DNA from: Bdellovibrionota bacterium
GTDB taxonomy: Bacteria > Bdellovibrionota_C > UBA2361 > CALJRW01
Length of the DNA: 64,000 bases
Reading direction: 5' to 3'
NCBI GenBank assembly: GCA_041740355.1
Contig: JBGSMD010000048.1
Location: 1-64,000, forward strand
Below, in pieces: positions 17,439-29,000 of the stretch (positions within the stretch are counted from its first letter, which is position 1; each line of letters opens with the position of its first letter). The notes beneath the pieces were generated by a model, which was not told where the DNA came from, did no database searches, and was given only the letters and a program-made list of their open reading frames with translations. The position numbers and the translations under genes were made by a program.

Positions 17439-18230
17439 ATGTCACTAAAAAATCTCTTATTCCATAAATCACGAAACCTCAATTTATATCAAGGAAATTG
17501 CTTAGATGTGCTTGCCAAAATTCCAGAGGAGTCGATTGATTTAATTTTTGCCGATCCACCATATAATCTCTCTAACAATGGCTTCACAGTAAAATCCGGC
17601 AAGCGCGTCTCAGTGAATAAGGGACAATGGGATGAGAGCCAAGGAGTGGAAGCTGATTTTGAATTCCATCGATCGTGGATTAATGCTTGTCAGAGAGTGT
17701 TAAAACCAAATGGTACAATCTGGATTAGTGGAACTTATCATTCCATTTATCAATGTGCCTTTGCTTTGCAATTAAGTAATTTCCAGATCTTAAATGATAT
17801 TAGTTGGTATAAACCTAATGCTTCACCTAACATTAGCTGTCGTTACTTCACTGCAAGCCATGAAACCCTTGTCTGGGCTAAGAAAGATCCTAAAGCTAAA
17901 CATACTTTTAATTATCAAGTAATGAAGAAAGGGGATTGGCATGAAAAAGATTTGCTTAAGAATCAAGATAAACAAATGCGCAGTGTTTGGTCGATTCCAG
18001 TTACTAAGAAATCAGAAAAAATTAATGGTTATCATCCCACCCAAAAACCTTTAGAATTATTGACTAGGATTGTATTATCAAGTTCAAATGCCGGGGACAC
18101 GGTATTAGATCCTTTCTGTGGCAGTGGTACAACGGGAGTTGTGGCAATTAGAGAAAAAAGAAAGTTTATCGGTATAGACTTAAGTAAGCAGTATTTGGAA
18201 CTCAGCCAGCAAAGGATTTTAATTAAGTAA
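17439..18230 (+). CDS. Orphan beta-class N6-adenine DNA methyltransferase, DpnA (M2.DpnII)-like, probably GATC-specific
   Basis: DLIFADPPYNLSN, VSVNKGQWD, PNISCRYFTASHE, KQMRSVW, HPTQKP, LDPFCGSGTTG; no adjacent restriction enzyme. Confidence 0.88.
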   Translation: MSLKNLLFHKSRNLNLYQGNCLDVLAKIPEESIDLIFADPPYNLSNNGFTVKSGKRVSVNKGQWDESQGVEADFEFHRSWINACQRVLKPNGTIWISGTYHSIYQCAFALQLSNFQILNDISWYKPNASPNISCRYFTASHETLVWAKKDPKAKHTFNYQVMKKGDWHEKDLLKNQDKQMRSVWSIPVTKKSEKINGYHPTQKPLELLTRIVLSSSNAGDTVLDPFCGSGTTGVVAIREKRKFIGIDLSKQYLELSQQRILIK

Positions 18231-18339
18231 TTTGTGCATAATCATTAATTACAGTTAGACTCAGTAAGAGCTTTTCCTAAAACGTTTTTGATTTACTGCT
18301 TAAATTAAAAAGTTAATCTCTTTTTTTATTTATTATCAG

Positions 18340-19656
18340 TTGAAAGCAACAATCATCATACCAACTTTTGATCACTGTGAGTTAATTCAATTTCCAATTG
18401 AAAGTATCTTACGTCAAACTCATCAAGACTTTGAATTGTTTATCATTGGAGATGGAGCGCCAGAAAAAACTGAACAAATTGTTGCCAAGTACGAAAAGCA
18501 AGACTCTCGAGTTAAATACTTCAAGCATTCAAAGGGTCCGCGCTTAGGAGAAGCCTATCGCCATCCAATTTTGCAACAGGCGACCGGTGATTTTGTTTGT
18601 TATTTAGCTGATGATGATTTGTATCTAGAAAATCATTTAGAAGTTATTGCTAAGGAGTTAACGAATGTTGATTTTACCCACTCTCTCCCAGTAAAAATAT
18701 TACCCGAGGGGAGTATTTATGTTTGGCAAATTGATCTATCCCAAAAGTGGTATCAAGATTTATTGCTCCGAGGTACAAATCGGATACCCTTAGGAATGGG
18801 AGCTCATCGAATGGATTTATATCAGAAGTTGCCTTTTGGATGGCGAACTACGCCAGTCGGAATCCCTACCGATTTATACATGTGGCAACAAATTTTAAAC
18901 TATCAAAATGTTTGTGTTAGCAGTTTATTTGAGCCTACAGTACTCCACTTCGCAAGCCTTGATCGACGTGAAAGTTCACCCGCAGAACGGTTTAAAGAGT
19001 TGGAGTCATACTTTCAACTAATTCAAATTCCCAGCGAACTTGCTAAACTAAAAACTAATATTTCCCAAGCCCAGCAAGAAATTGGATATCAGTTTGAAAT
19101 TGAAATAACAGAATACTCCCGTAATTTGGAACAAAAACTATCTGAGTACATTCAGGTATCTAAACGCGAAGAAAATCATTTGTTAGAAGTAATCACAGAG
19201 TTAAAATTACATCTGGCTAAGCAAGATCTGGAAATAAGAGAAAGAGAAACTAGCTTGGAACATTATGTTATAGTAAATAAACAGGAAGAAAATCGTTTAT
19301 TAGATGTAATTGCCGAGTTAAAATCTCATCTGGTAAAGCAAGATTTGGAAATCATTGAAAGTGAATCGAATTGGCAACAAAAACTAAATGATTACATTAC
19401 TGCTTCAAACCAAGAAGAAAATCATCTGCTGGGAGTAATTTCTGAGTTGAAGAATCATCTGGAAAAGCAAGATCTTGAAATTAAGGAAATAGAATCAAGC
19501 TGGAAACAAAAACTAAATGATTATATTACTGCTTCTAAGCGAGAAGAAAATCATTTGTTGGGAGTAATTACTGAGCTGAAGAATCATCTGGCCACACAAG
19601 ACCTAGAACTGGCAAGGTTAAGAACTATTCATAAAGCAGAGCAAAAAAATGACTAG
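18340..19656 (+). CDS. GT2-family glycosyltransferase with C-terminal coiled-coil repeats
   Basis: IIIPTFD, SILRQTHQDFELFIIGDG, YLADDD; four EENHLL..I.ELK.HL.KQDLEI repeats. Confidence 0.85.
   Translation: MKATIIIPTFDHCELIQFPIESILRQTHQDFELFIIGDGAPEKTEQIVAKYEKQDSRVKYFKHSKGPRLGEAYRHPILQQATGDFVCYLADDDLYLENHLEVIAKELTNVDFTHSLPVKILPEGSIYVWQIDLSQKWYQDLLLRGTNRIPLGMGAHRMDLYQKLPFGWRTTPVGIPTDLYMWQQILNYQNVCVSSLFEPTVLHFASLDRRESSPAERFKELESYFQLIQIPSELAKLKTNISQAQQEIGYQFEIEITEYSRNLEQKLSEYIQVSKREENHLLEVITELKLHLAKQDLEIRERETSLEHYVIVNKQEENRLLDVIAELKSHLVKQDLEIIESESNWQQKLNDYITASNQEENHLLGVISELKNHLEKQDLEIKEIESSWKQKLNDYITASKREENHLLGVITELKNHLATQDLELARLRTIHKAEQKND
19126..19620 (+). repeat. Four 39-43-aa tandem coiled-coil repeats
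   Basis: Units such as WQQKLNDYITASNQEENHLLGVISELKNHLEKQDLEIKEIESS. Confidence 0.85.
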
Positions 19657-20197
19657 TATGATTGAAAAGCAAACTACTAAAATTAAAGACGTTTATTTAT
19701 CACAGCTTAAGATGCACCAAGATGAGCGTGGCATTTTTACTGAAATATTTAGAGAAAATTGGTTTGAAGGAAAAGTTCCTGTTCAGTGGAATATTGTTAG
19801 CTCGGAGGCAGGAGTTTTTCGTGGCTTTCATGTTCATAAGCTACATGCAGATTATTTAACTGTAGTGCAAGGACAAGGAGTTTTTTTTCTAAAAGATTTA
19901 AGAAAGAATTCGGCAACTTTTTTGGTTGAAGAAACAATAGTTTTAACAGCGAAAGCCATGCAGGGTTTAAGTATTCCGACTGGTGTGGCACATGCCTTTT
20001 ATTTCCCCGAACAATCGATGCACGTCTATTCAGTAACTGAGTATTGGAATCCGGAGGATGAATTAGGATTTCATTATCTGGATCCAGAAACAGGATTTGA
20101 TTTTTGTAATTTAACATTTAGTGTTTCTGCCCGAGATTGCGAGCTAGGTAGCCTGAGTTCGCTTCTGGAGCAGCTAGCTAATACTACTTTTGGCTAA
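19649..20197 (+). CDS. dTDP-4-dehydrorhamnose 3,5-epimerase family (RmlC-like cupin)
   Basis: HQDERGIFTE, GVFRGFH, DLRKNS, IPTGVAHAF. Confidence 0.85.
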   Translation: MTSMIEKQTTKIKDVYLSQLKMHQDERGIFTEIFRENWFEGKVPVQWNIVSSEAGVFRGFHVHKLHADYLTVVQGQGVFFLKDLRKNSATFLVEETIVLTAKAMQGLSIPTGVAHAFYFPEQSMHVYSVTEYWNPEDELGFHYLDPETGFDFCNLTFSVSARDCELGSLSSLLEQLANTTFG

Positions 20198-21097
20198 TTT
20201 CATTAACTCCTCTATCCTCTCAACAACAAGGACGCCATCTTTCAAAGAACTCTTTGGTTTTTCACCTTTATTATTAAGGTAATTTACGAAAGCTTCGAGT
20301 TCCGCAAGTAAGGGCATTTCTTCTTTAAAACTAATAAATTCTACATTAGGATTAATGCTTTGCTCCTTTGGATCCCAAGTATAGACTTCAATCTGATTAG
20401 CATAGCCATCTGTTAGCACTAGGATATGCTGTTCAAAACGGAGCTCCATTCTTCTTTCTCTTTTAGTAGATCTGGCACTTACATCAATCTGAACCCAAGG
20501 CTTGTCTCCTAACTGACAACTTAATGATTCAAATTGATCCTGATAAATTATTGCCTGCGCGGAACGAGCTGGTGGAATAAATCCTAAAATCTCATTTAAA
20601 ATACTTAGATCATGCGGCAGTAAAACCCAGACAGGATCATCACCCATATGAGGATTACTCATTGAAAGGCGAGTAGTATAAATAGCCTTGAGTGCACCGT
20701 ATTCACCACTTTGATATAAATCTCGAAGAGCAATAACTCCCTGGTGATATCTCCATTTATCCATAACAAAAATATTGTTAGGGTATTGTGCCAACAACTT
20801 TTTTGCTTCGGCGTATGAATTCGTTAAAGGCTTTTCACAAAAAATTGGTATATTAGGAAAGTACTCTGCTACTTCTTCAATCACGGAATAATGAGAACTA
20901 ATAGTTGTTGCCACAATAATCCCTTGGGGATAAGTAAGTTCAGAAATCGTGCTAACAATATCTGTTATTCCTAGTTCCCTGGCATTGTTTATACTAGATT
21001 CGGAGCGCGCTACGACTTGCACCTCCGCTCCTAGGGTAAGCAAATCCCTTAAAATAAACTTGCCCCAATTTCCACAACCAATAAGTGCAATTTTCAT
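20174..21097 (-). CDS. Gfo/Idh/MocA-family oxidoreductase
   Basis: IALIGCGNWG, FCEKP, LLPHDLS. Confidence 0.88.
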   Translation of the reverse strand: MKIALIGCGNWGKFILRDLLTLGAEVQVVARSESSINNARELGITDIVSTISELTYPQGIIVATTISSHYSVIEEVAEYFPNIPIFCEKPLTNSYAEAKKLLAQYPNNIFVMDKWRYHQGVIALRDLYQSGEYGALKAIYTTRLSMSNPHMGDDPVWVLLPHDLSILNEILGFIPPARSAQAIIYQDQFESLSCQLGDKPWVQIDVSARSTKRERRMELRFEQHILVLTDGYANQIEVYTWDPKEQSINPNVEFISFKEEMPLLAELEAFVNYLNNKGEKPKSSLKDGVLVVERIEELMKLAKSSIS

Positions 21098-21233
21098 ATC
21101 AAAATATTAATAATTTCAAGGTCTTATAAGCTAAATTAAGTTGAAAAATAAATCCTTAGACAGTCATCATAAAGTCAGTATAGGATTACGAATATTAAAT
21201 TCAGTATAATATAATTTTATTTATTTTAAAGAT

Positions 21234-21497
21234 ATGCAAGAAGACTCAAGATACATCAAAATCCATTTCCTTAATGATAAAACAATGACTTTTACATTTC
21301 CACAACAAGTCGAAGCAACATACATGGCGGGAGCCTTGAGGAATATGCAAAATGCACCGCAGCTATTAATCAAAACAGACGAAAGATTCTATATGTTTCC
21401 TTGGACCAGTATTAAATTTATTGAGGCTATTCCTGTACCAGAAGTCGATATCCAAAATTGTGTACAAGGCGCGGAATTACTAGCTAGCACTGATTAA
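21234..21497 (+). CDS. Hypothetical protein
   Basis: 87-aa ORF filling an intergenic gap with plausible composition. Confidence 0.6.
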   Translation: MQEDSRYIKIHFLNDKTMTFTFPQQVEATYMAGALRNMQNAPQLLIKTDERFYMFPWTSIKFIEAIPVPEVDIQNCVQGAELLASTD

Positions 21498-21587
21498 TAT
21501 CAGAAGTATTTAAACTGCAGACTTTAAGTCATTTGATTTGCAGTAGTTGAAAATAATTTTTAAAGAGGATCAAGTTCTTTTGAAATG

Positions 21588-21935
21588 TTAAGCTAAGTCC
21601 ATTAAGGCGACTGAGCCTAGACCAAGTACAATCCCTAGCATTTCTTGGTAAGAAATTTTTTCTCCGTATAGAAAGTATCCCGCAATCAGCAAGGTAATTG
21701 TATTAAAGATGATGAAGATCATTGAGGCGACAGCAATACTCTTATACTTGAACGATAATGCTAAGAAGTTAAGTCCAACAATCCAAATTAATAGCCCAAT
21801 TACATAATAAGCTCGCAGATCAGTAACGATCCATTTTTTCATGACTAAGTCACCGAGTGTTAAAATTACTCCACCAGTTGCTAAAAGGCATAGCGCCCAG
21901 TGTTTATTTATAAATTCAAGGAATGCTGGAGTCAT
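21588..21935 (-). CDS. SMR/DMT-family small membrane transporter
   Basis: Four TM helices; GYFLYGEKIS...GIVLG motif. Confidence 0.75.
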   Translation of the reverse strand: MTPAFLEFINKHWALCLLATGGVILTLGDLVMKKWIVTDLRAYYVIGLLIWIVGLNFLALSFKYKSIAVASMIFIIFNTITLLIAGYFLYGEKISYQEMLGIVLGLGSVALMDLA

Positions 21936-22180
21936 AAAGCTTTTCTAAATGCTTTCTATCCCTCGGTGGAATAGGAAAATCATATAGTTATAATAAAAAA
22001 ACAATAAACTAACATTTAATTATTCGGAAATTACTTTTTGTCATAACTATAACTGGGATAATAAAGTATGTTGAATCAGACAGAAAGGGGTAGTTCGAGT
22101 CTACAAAGTATCAAATACAATTATTAAATCTTAATTTACTTTGTGGGAGCTACCTTAAAAATAATACCTGAGTAAAAGTA

Positions 22181-22561
22181 ATGATGTTTCTTCGAAAAAT
22201 TGGAAAGTGGTCTAAGCAAACAAAAGGAGACTTAATAACTCTGTATTATGCTATCCAAGACCAAGGGACGCCCCTATATTTAAAAATAGCTAGTTTTATT
22301 GTTGTTAGCTACGCCTTAAGTCCAATAGATTTTATTCCAGACTTTATTCCGATAATTGGGCTTCTTGATGATCTAGTCATTGTAACGTTTGGAATTTATA
22401 TAATTGTAAAATTATTGCCACGCATCGTTTTAGATCGATCAAGGGAAAAATCATTAAAATTAAATTCGCGCCCTGTAAGTTTAATTGGAGCAGGAATTGT
22501 TTTCATGCTTTGGGTAGGCTTAACATTTCTGTTGTTCCTATTACTTAAGAAATCTTATTAA
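22181..22561 (+). CDS. YkvA/DUF1232-family membrane protein
   Basis: YALSPIDFIPDFIPIIGLLDD signature. Confidence 0.9.
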   Translation: MMFLRKIGKWSKQTKGDLITLYYAIQDQGTPLYLKIASFIVVSYALSPIDFIPDFIPIIGLLDDLVIVTFGIYIIVKLLPRIVLDRSREKSLKLNSRPVSLIGAGIVFMLWVGLTFLLFLLLKKSY

Positions 22562-23097
22562 TAATCTTGTCAGTAATATTTAATCTGTGAACATCTAGGA
22601 TCTGCTTATAGATTCACATATATAGTCTTAGACTTGAAGGATGCCGTGATTTTCAAACAGTGTTTCAATAAAGAACAATGATACATTTAAATATCTTATT
22701 TTCTAATAAATCTAACAATATAAATATTTTTGACTACTTAGAGATAATAAATATTAGTTTTAATTGGTTATTGTTTACCAAGATTTATCATAAAATCAGA
22801 AAATAAAATTTCAAAATCTGCTAAATGCAATGCTTTGGATATTTTTTTCATATTTCTTAAAACTTCTCGATCGAAGATAACCTTAAACTGAATCGATCTT
22901 TCCTCACTCTAATCATAAGAACAGAAAATTGATTCTTAAGTAGAACACATATTGATTTTTATTTTGTGATTTCTAACGTTTTTTTAAACATGAGCCGAAC
23001 AGAGACTGATTCTAGCTGTATGGTTTGTAAGGTTTTGGCTCAAATAATAATTTTTTTTCGGCATTAATTATTATTTAGATAGTTATTTAAGGTATTT

Positions 23098-26000
23098 ATG
23101 CAAATTACTCCTTGTAATTCTAGGGTAAACTCGTCTGGCCCAGATTCAAATCTCAAGTCTCCGTTTTCTAGTTTAAAATTAGCTTATCATTTTGGACTAT
23201 TTCTACTTCTTAGCATTCCCCAGTTAGTTTTCGCGCAACCTTATGATGCAACTCTATCAGCAACTCCTGGAGCGGAAGGTGGATCAAATGTAATTTTTAC
23301 GGTCACACTAGATGCGATTAACTCCTCAGGATTTCCAATAACGTTTGAATTAAATCCTAATGGAGGCACCGCAAGTGCTGGAGACTTCACGGATTTTACA
23401 GCAGAGACGATTTCTATTCCAAATGGTTCTGATACAGGAACTTTTAATGTTGTGCTTAATGATGATGCTCTTTTTGAAAATACGGAGACACTTGGTGGAA
23501 TAATATCTAATCCATCAGATGGGACAGTCACAATTGTAGGAGCATCTACGGTCACTAATATTACAGACAATGATAACGGCGCAGGAACTGTTACGGCTAA
23601 TTTAAGTGTAACTGATGGGACTGAAGGTTCGACTGATGTTATTTTTACAGCGACTCTTAGTAAAACAAATAATACCGGAAGTCCTATAACTCTCAGTATT
23701 AATCCAAACGGTTTAGGAACCGCCGTTTCGGGGACAGATTATCCAGATTTTACTGGAGGGATAATTACAATTGCTGATGGTTCTGCCACAGGCACTTATC
23801 AAGTGACTCCAGCTTTAGATGGAGAGTTCGAAAATGTAGAAGATTTCGGTGCAATAATTTCTGCGCCAAGTGATCCTGCTGTAGTTGTTGGAACAGCAAC
23901 TGCCACTGGGAATATTAATGATGGCGATACTGCTAATTTAGTACTTAGCGTTACAACGCAAGGAAATGAAGCTGGGCCAGTTAGTATCGTCTACACTGCG
24001 ACACTTTCTAGCATTAACAGTAAGTCTGTTCCAATTACTGTTCAAATTAATCCAGATGGTGGAACAGCAACTGCCAGTAGTGATTATTCCAATTTCTCAG
24101 GTCGAATAATCACAATATTACCTGGAAGTAACAGTGGAACTGTTAATGTTTCTGTTGCAGATGATAATTTCTTTGAAAGTACAGAAACAGTTACTGGAAC
24201 ACTATCAGCGGTCTCCGATCCCGGTGTAACAATCACTGGCCCTTCAGCGACAGCCAATATCACTGATAACGATAATACTGCTGCTAGTGTTAACTCTCTT
24301 TTAACACTTAGTGGTTTAGGTAGCGAAGCAGGTGCTACTACCATGACTTTGACAGTTTCCTTATCCAAGAAGAACTTTACCGGAAGTCCAATTGTTTTTG
24401 ATTTGAGTCAAACCGCTGGAACAGCAACTGATGGTGCGGATTATACAGATTTAACAGGTGCAACTATCTCAGTTGCCAATGGATCAGACATTGGGACCTT
24501 CTCATTTAGTGTGGTGGATGATGCCTTATTTGAAAATGATGAAACTTTTACCATTTCACTTTCCAATCCGAGTAATCCCGCAATTAATCTATTTTCTCCA
24601 AATGCATCTGGGGTAATTGTTGATAATGATAATGTGACTGCTACAACTAATGCCGTATTAAGCGTTAATAATGGAACGGAGGGAGGATCTGATTTAATTT
24701 TCAACGTAACCTTAAGTCAAACTAATAACACGGGCGTTCCAATCACATTTGAAATATATCGGAATGGTGGATCAGCTACTGTAACCACTGATTATAGCGA
24801 TTATGCAGGATTAATTTCTGTACCGAATGGTTCAAATGTTGGAACTTTGAATGTTACTATTGTTGATGACGCTTTTTTTGAAAATTCGGAAACAGTAGCA
24901 GCTGGGATATATAATCCTTCAGATCCAGCCATTCAAATTACAGTTCCAAAAGTTACTGGAAATATTATTGATAATGATAATGTTACTATTGGGGCTGATT
25001 TAACAGCAGAAGTGAATGGAAATGAAGCTGGGAGAGTAAGCATTGTTTATCGCGTAACTTTAACAAATGCTAATAATACAGGTAGCGATATTTTCTTTGA
25101 CATTGATCCAATCGGTGGAACAGCAACTCCAGGAATTGATTATGTAGATTTTACCGGTCGAACAATCCGAGTTGGAAGTGGTAGTAGCATTGGGGAAATT
25201 TCAGTTGAAGTTACCGATGACTCATTAATTGAAAATGATCAAACAGCAGAAGCTGTAATTACTAATAGTAGCGATCCGGCTGTAACTATTGGAACAGCAA
25301 ACGCTACAGCTTCTATAATTGATAATGACAATAGTATTGGATCAATTACGGCAGACTTAGTTCGTTTAGTTGATGGACATGAGTCTGGACTGATTAATAT
25401 AATCTATCAAGTTGAGCTATCAGAAGTTAACTATACTGACTCTGCTATAACTTTTAATATTGATCCGATTGGTGGGACTGGGACTGCTGGGGTAGATTAT
25501 GTTGATTTTACAGGGGCACAAATTGTTGTTCCCTCCGGATCTCGTTTTGGACAATTTACAGTTGCCGTGCTTAATGATCCCGATTTAACTAGCGATACCG
25601 TAGTTGCCCAAATTTCTAGTCCTTCCGATACTAGTATCAATTTAGGTACTGATACAGCAACAGCTACTATTAACGATGATGATGCTCCAACTGGAACTTA
25701 CAACGCTAGTATTAGGGATGCTGTTATTCAAGGTAACGAAACTGGTGTTGTAAACGTTAGTTTTGTTGTTGAATTATCTGAACCTAACACTACTGGCTCT
25801 GCAATAACATTTGATATCAATCCATTAGTTGGTGGAACTGCAACTCTTACTTCCGATTATACCAACTTTACCGGTCAAACTGTAAGTATTCCCAACGGTG
25901 CTTCGCAAGCTACATTTAATGTGACAGTCGTTAATGATACTCTTTATGAAAGTACGGAATCACTCTTTGCAGAAATTTCCAATCCAAGTTCAGGTGCAGT

Positions 26001-29000
26001 TACGATTATTGACTCTGATGCAGTAGGGTATATTTATGACAATGATCAAATTCACTCTGCAGTAATTACTGGAACTGTTAATGGTGCTGAAGCTGGACTT
26101 GTCGCGATGGAGTACACAATCACTATTCCAGTCATTAATAACACTCAAAATCCAATCCAATTTAATATAGCTTCTGCCGGAGGTAGAGCATCTTCAGGAG
26201 TCGATTATGATTCACTAGTTAGTAGTACTATTTCTATACCAGTTGGAGCCAATTCAGTTTCATTCACTGTTGATGTATTAGATGATCTTCTATTTGAGAA
26301 TACTGAAAATGCTATAATTAGTATGTTGAATCCATCTGATCCTGGTATCTATTTGAACTTTGGAAATACCAGAGGTTCGGCTAGTATTATTGACAATGAT
26401 AACATTGGAGTTAATGCTGTTTTAGATGTCCTCCAAGATGGTTCTGAAGCAGGACCGACAAGCATGATTTATCGTGTTACATTATCAGAGCCTAATAACA
26501 CAGGTGGGACAATATTTTTTGACATTGATCCGATTGGAGGGTCTGCTCTTCCAGGGGATGCGGTTGAAAATAATGACTATATTGATTTCACAGGATCTCG
26601 AATTGGTGTTCCAAGTGGATCAAGCACGGGAACATTCTCAGTTTCAATTTCCAATGATACTCGTTTTGAAAATATTGAGACGATTGAGACTGAAATTTCA
26701 AATCCAAGCGATCCCGCCGCGGTATCAATTATTACTGCAGTTGCAACTGGAAATATTAACGATAACGATAATGCTCCAGCAGATGTTACAGCTTCGATAT
26801 CAACCTTTGGAATCGGAAATGAAGATGGACCGACATCTGTTACATTTTTAGTAACTCTTTCTAATATTAACTTTACTGACCAAGACGTAACATTTGATAT
26901 TAATCCAACAGGTGGAACTGCGACTGTCGGAAGCGATTATGTTGATTTCTCTGCAATCCAAGTTGCAATTCCTTATGGACAAGACAGAGCTCTTTACACG
27001 ATTACAGTCTTAGATGATGCGTTATTTGAAAATACGGAAACGATAGAAGCAACACTCAGCAATCCTTCTGATCCAGCAATTGATATTACCACAGCAACGG
27101 CAACAGGACTATTATTAGATAACGATAACGTTACAAATACAATTAATGCAAATCTTTCTGTTACAACTCAAGGCGAAGAAAATCTAACTAATATTGTTTA
27201 CACAGTAACCCTTGACGAAGTTAATGATACGCCATTCCCAATTGATTTCACGCTATATGTTGATGGTGGAACTGCTGTTGCTGGCACAGACTACACAAAT
27301 TTTAACGGAGTAACGATTAGTGTTCCTGTTGGATCTAACCAAGGTACCTATACAGTTAATGTTACTAACGACTTATTATTTGAAAATTTAGAAACAGCTA
27401 TTGCTGAACTTGCTAATCCTTCTGATGCTGCAATTGTAATTGGGACAGCAATTGCAACTGCAAATATTACTGATGACGATGTTACAGTTGCTAATATTGC
27501 AGTAACAACTAATGGGGATGAAGATGGTCCAGTAGATTTAGTTTATACAATAAGCATTTCTAATACTAATGGTACTGGTAGTGATATCGAAATTGATGTT
27601 GATCCAGATGGTGGCACAGCTACAATTGGATCAGATTATACAACATTTGCGGGAAGTACTGTAATTATACCAGATGGAAGTAGCTCGGTAACACTAACAG
27701 TTCCAGTGCTTGATGATTCATTATTTGAAAACACAGAAACCGTAGGTGCTGAAATCTCAAACCTATCGCATCCAAGTTTAAGTTTAGCTACAGCAACAGC
27801 CACAGGAGACATTCTTGATGATGAGAATGGAGTTGGTGCAGTAAATGCAGTTCTCTCGACAATTACTAACGGCACAGAATCAGGAACTCAAATTCGCTAT
27901 CGTGTAACTTTAGCGACTATCAACAATACTGGCTCTCCAATTACTTTTGATATTGATCCAACTGCTGGAACAGCGATTGCTAATACTGATTACACAACGT
28001 TTGCGGGTGCTACAATTACAGTTGCTAATGGTGCAAGTACTGGAGACTTATTAGTAACTGTTACTGATGATACTCTATTTGAAAATACCGAAACTGCCAC
28101 AGCAACTATTACTAACGCTAGTGATCCAGCAATTAATATTTCTACAGGCAGTGCCACAGCAAATATTATCGATAATGATAATACAGCTTCCAGCATTAGC
28201 GCAGTTCTTACTACAACTCAGAACGGCAATGAAACCGGACCAGTTGATATAAGTTTATTGTTAACAATTGGGAAAATTAACAACACCGGAGCACCGATTG
28301 TTTTTACAATTACTCCGAGTGGTGAAGCAGTTTCTGGAAGTGATTATACAGGATTAACAACGATCTCAATTCCAGATGGCTCAGATACGGGGACATTAAT
28401 TTTAACTGTAGTTGATGATCTTTTATTTGAGAATGAAGAGGATGCAACTTTCACTGTAACTGCAGCCACAGATCCAGCGATCACTACAGGTTCAAATACA
28501 ACGCCAACAATTACAGATAACGATAATACTGCGACTAGTATCACAGCAAACTTATCTAAAACAACTGATGGTTTAGAAGGAACAACAAATATTGTCTTTA
28601 CTGTTACTTTAGATAAGGTCAACAATACTCATGCACCAATCTTAATAGATATCGATCCAACAGGTGGAACAGCAATTGCTGGCACAGATTATACTAACTT
28701 TGCTGGTGCTCAGATTTCCATTCCTGATGGTTCAAGCAGTGGAACATATACTGTTATAGTTACCAACGACGCTCTATTTGAGAATACGGAAACAGTTCAA
28801 GCAACAATCACGAATCCATATGATCCTGCTGTTACTTTAGGTACAACATTAGCCACAGCAGATATTGTTGATAGCTCACCACAAGCAACTATCACTGCAA
28901 CTACTAGCGGTAATGAGACCGGACCAGTATCAATTGTTTATTCAGTTAACTTAGGCAAAACAAATGACACAGGAGCCACAATAACTTTTGATGTTGATCG

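Noticed and set aside
22562-23097. Long intergenic region upstream of the giant gene, inspected for a riboswitch
   Set aside because: Very AT-rich; I could not recognise a c-di-GMP or other aptamer consensus
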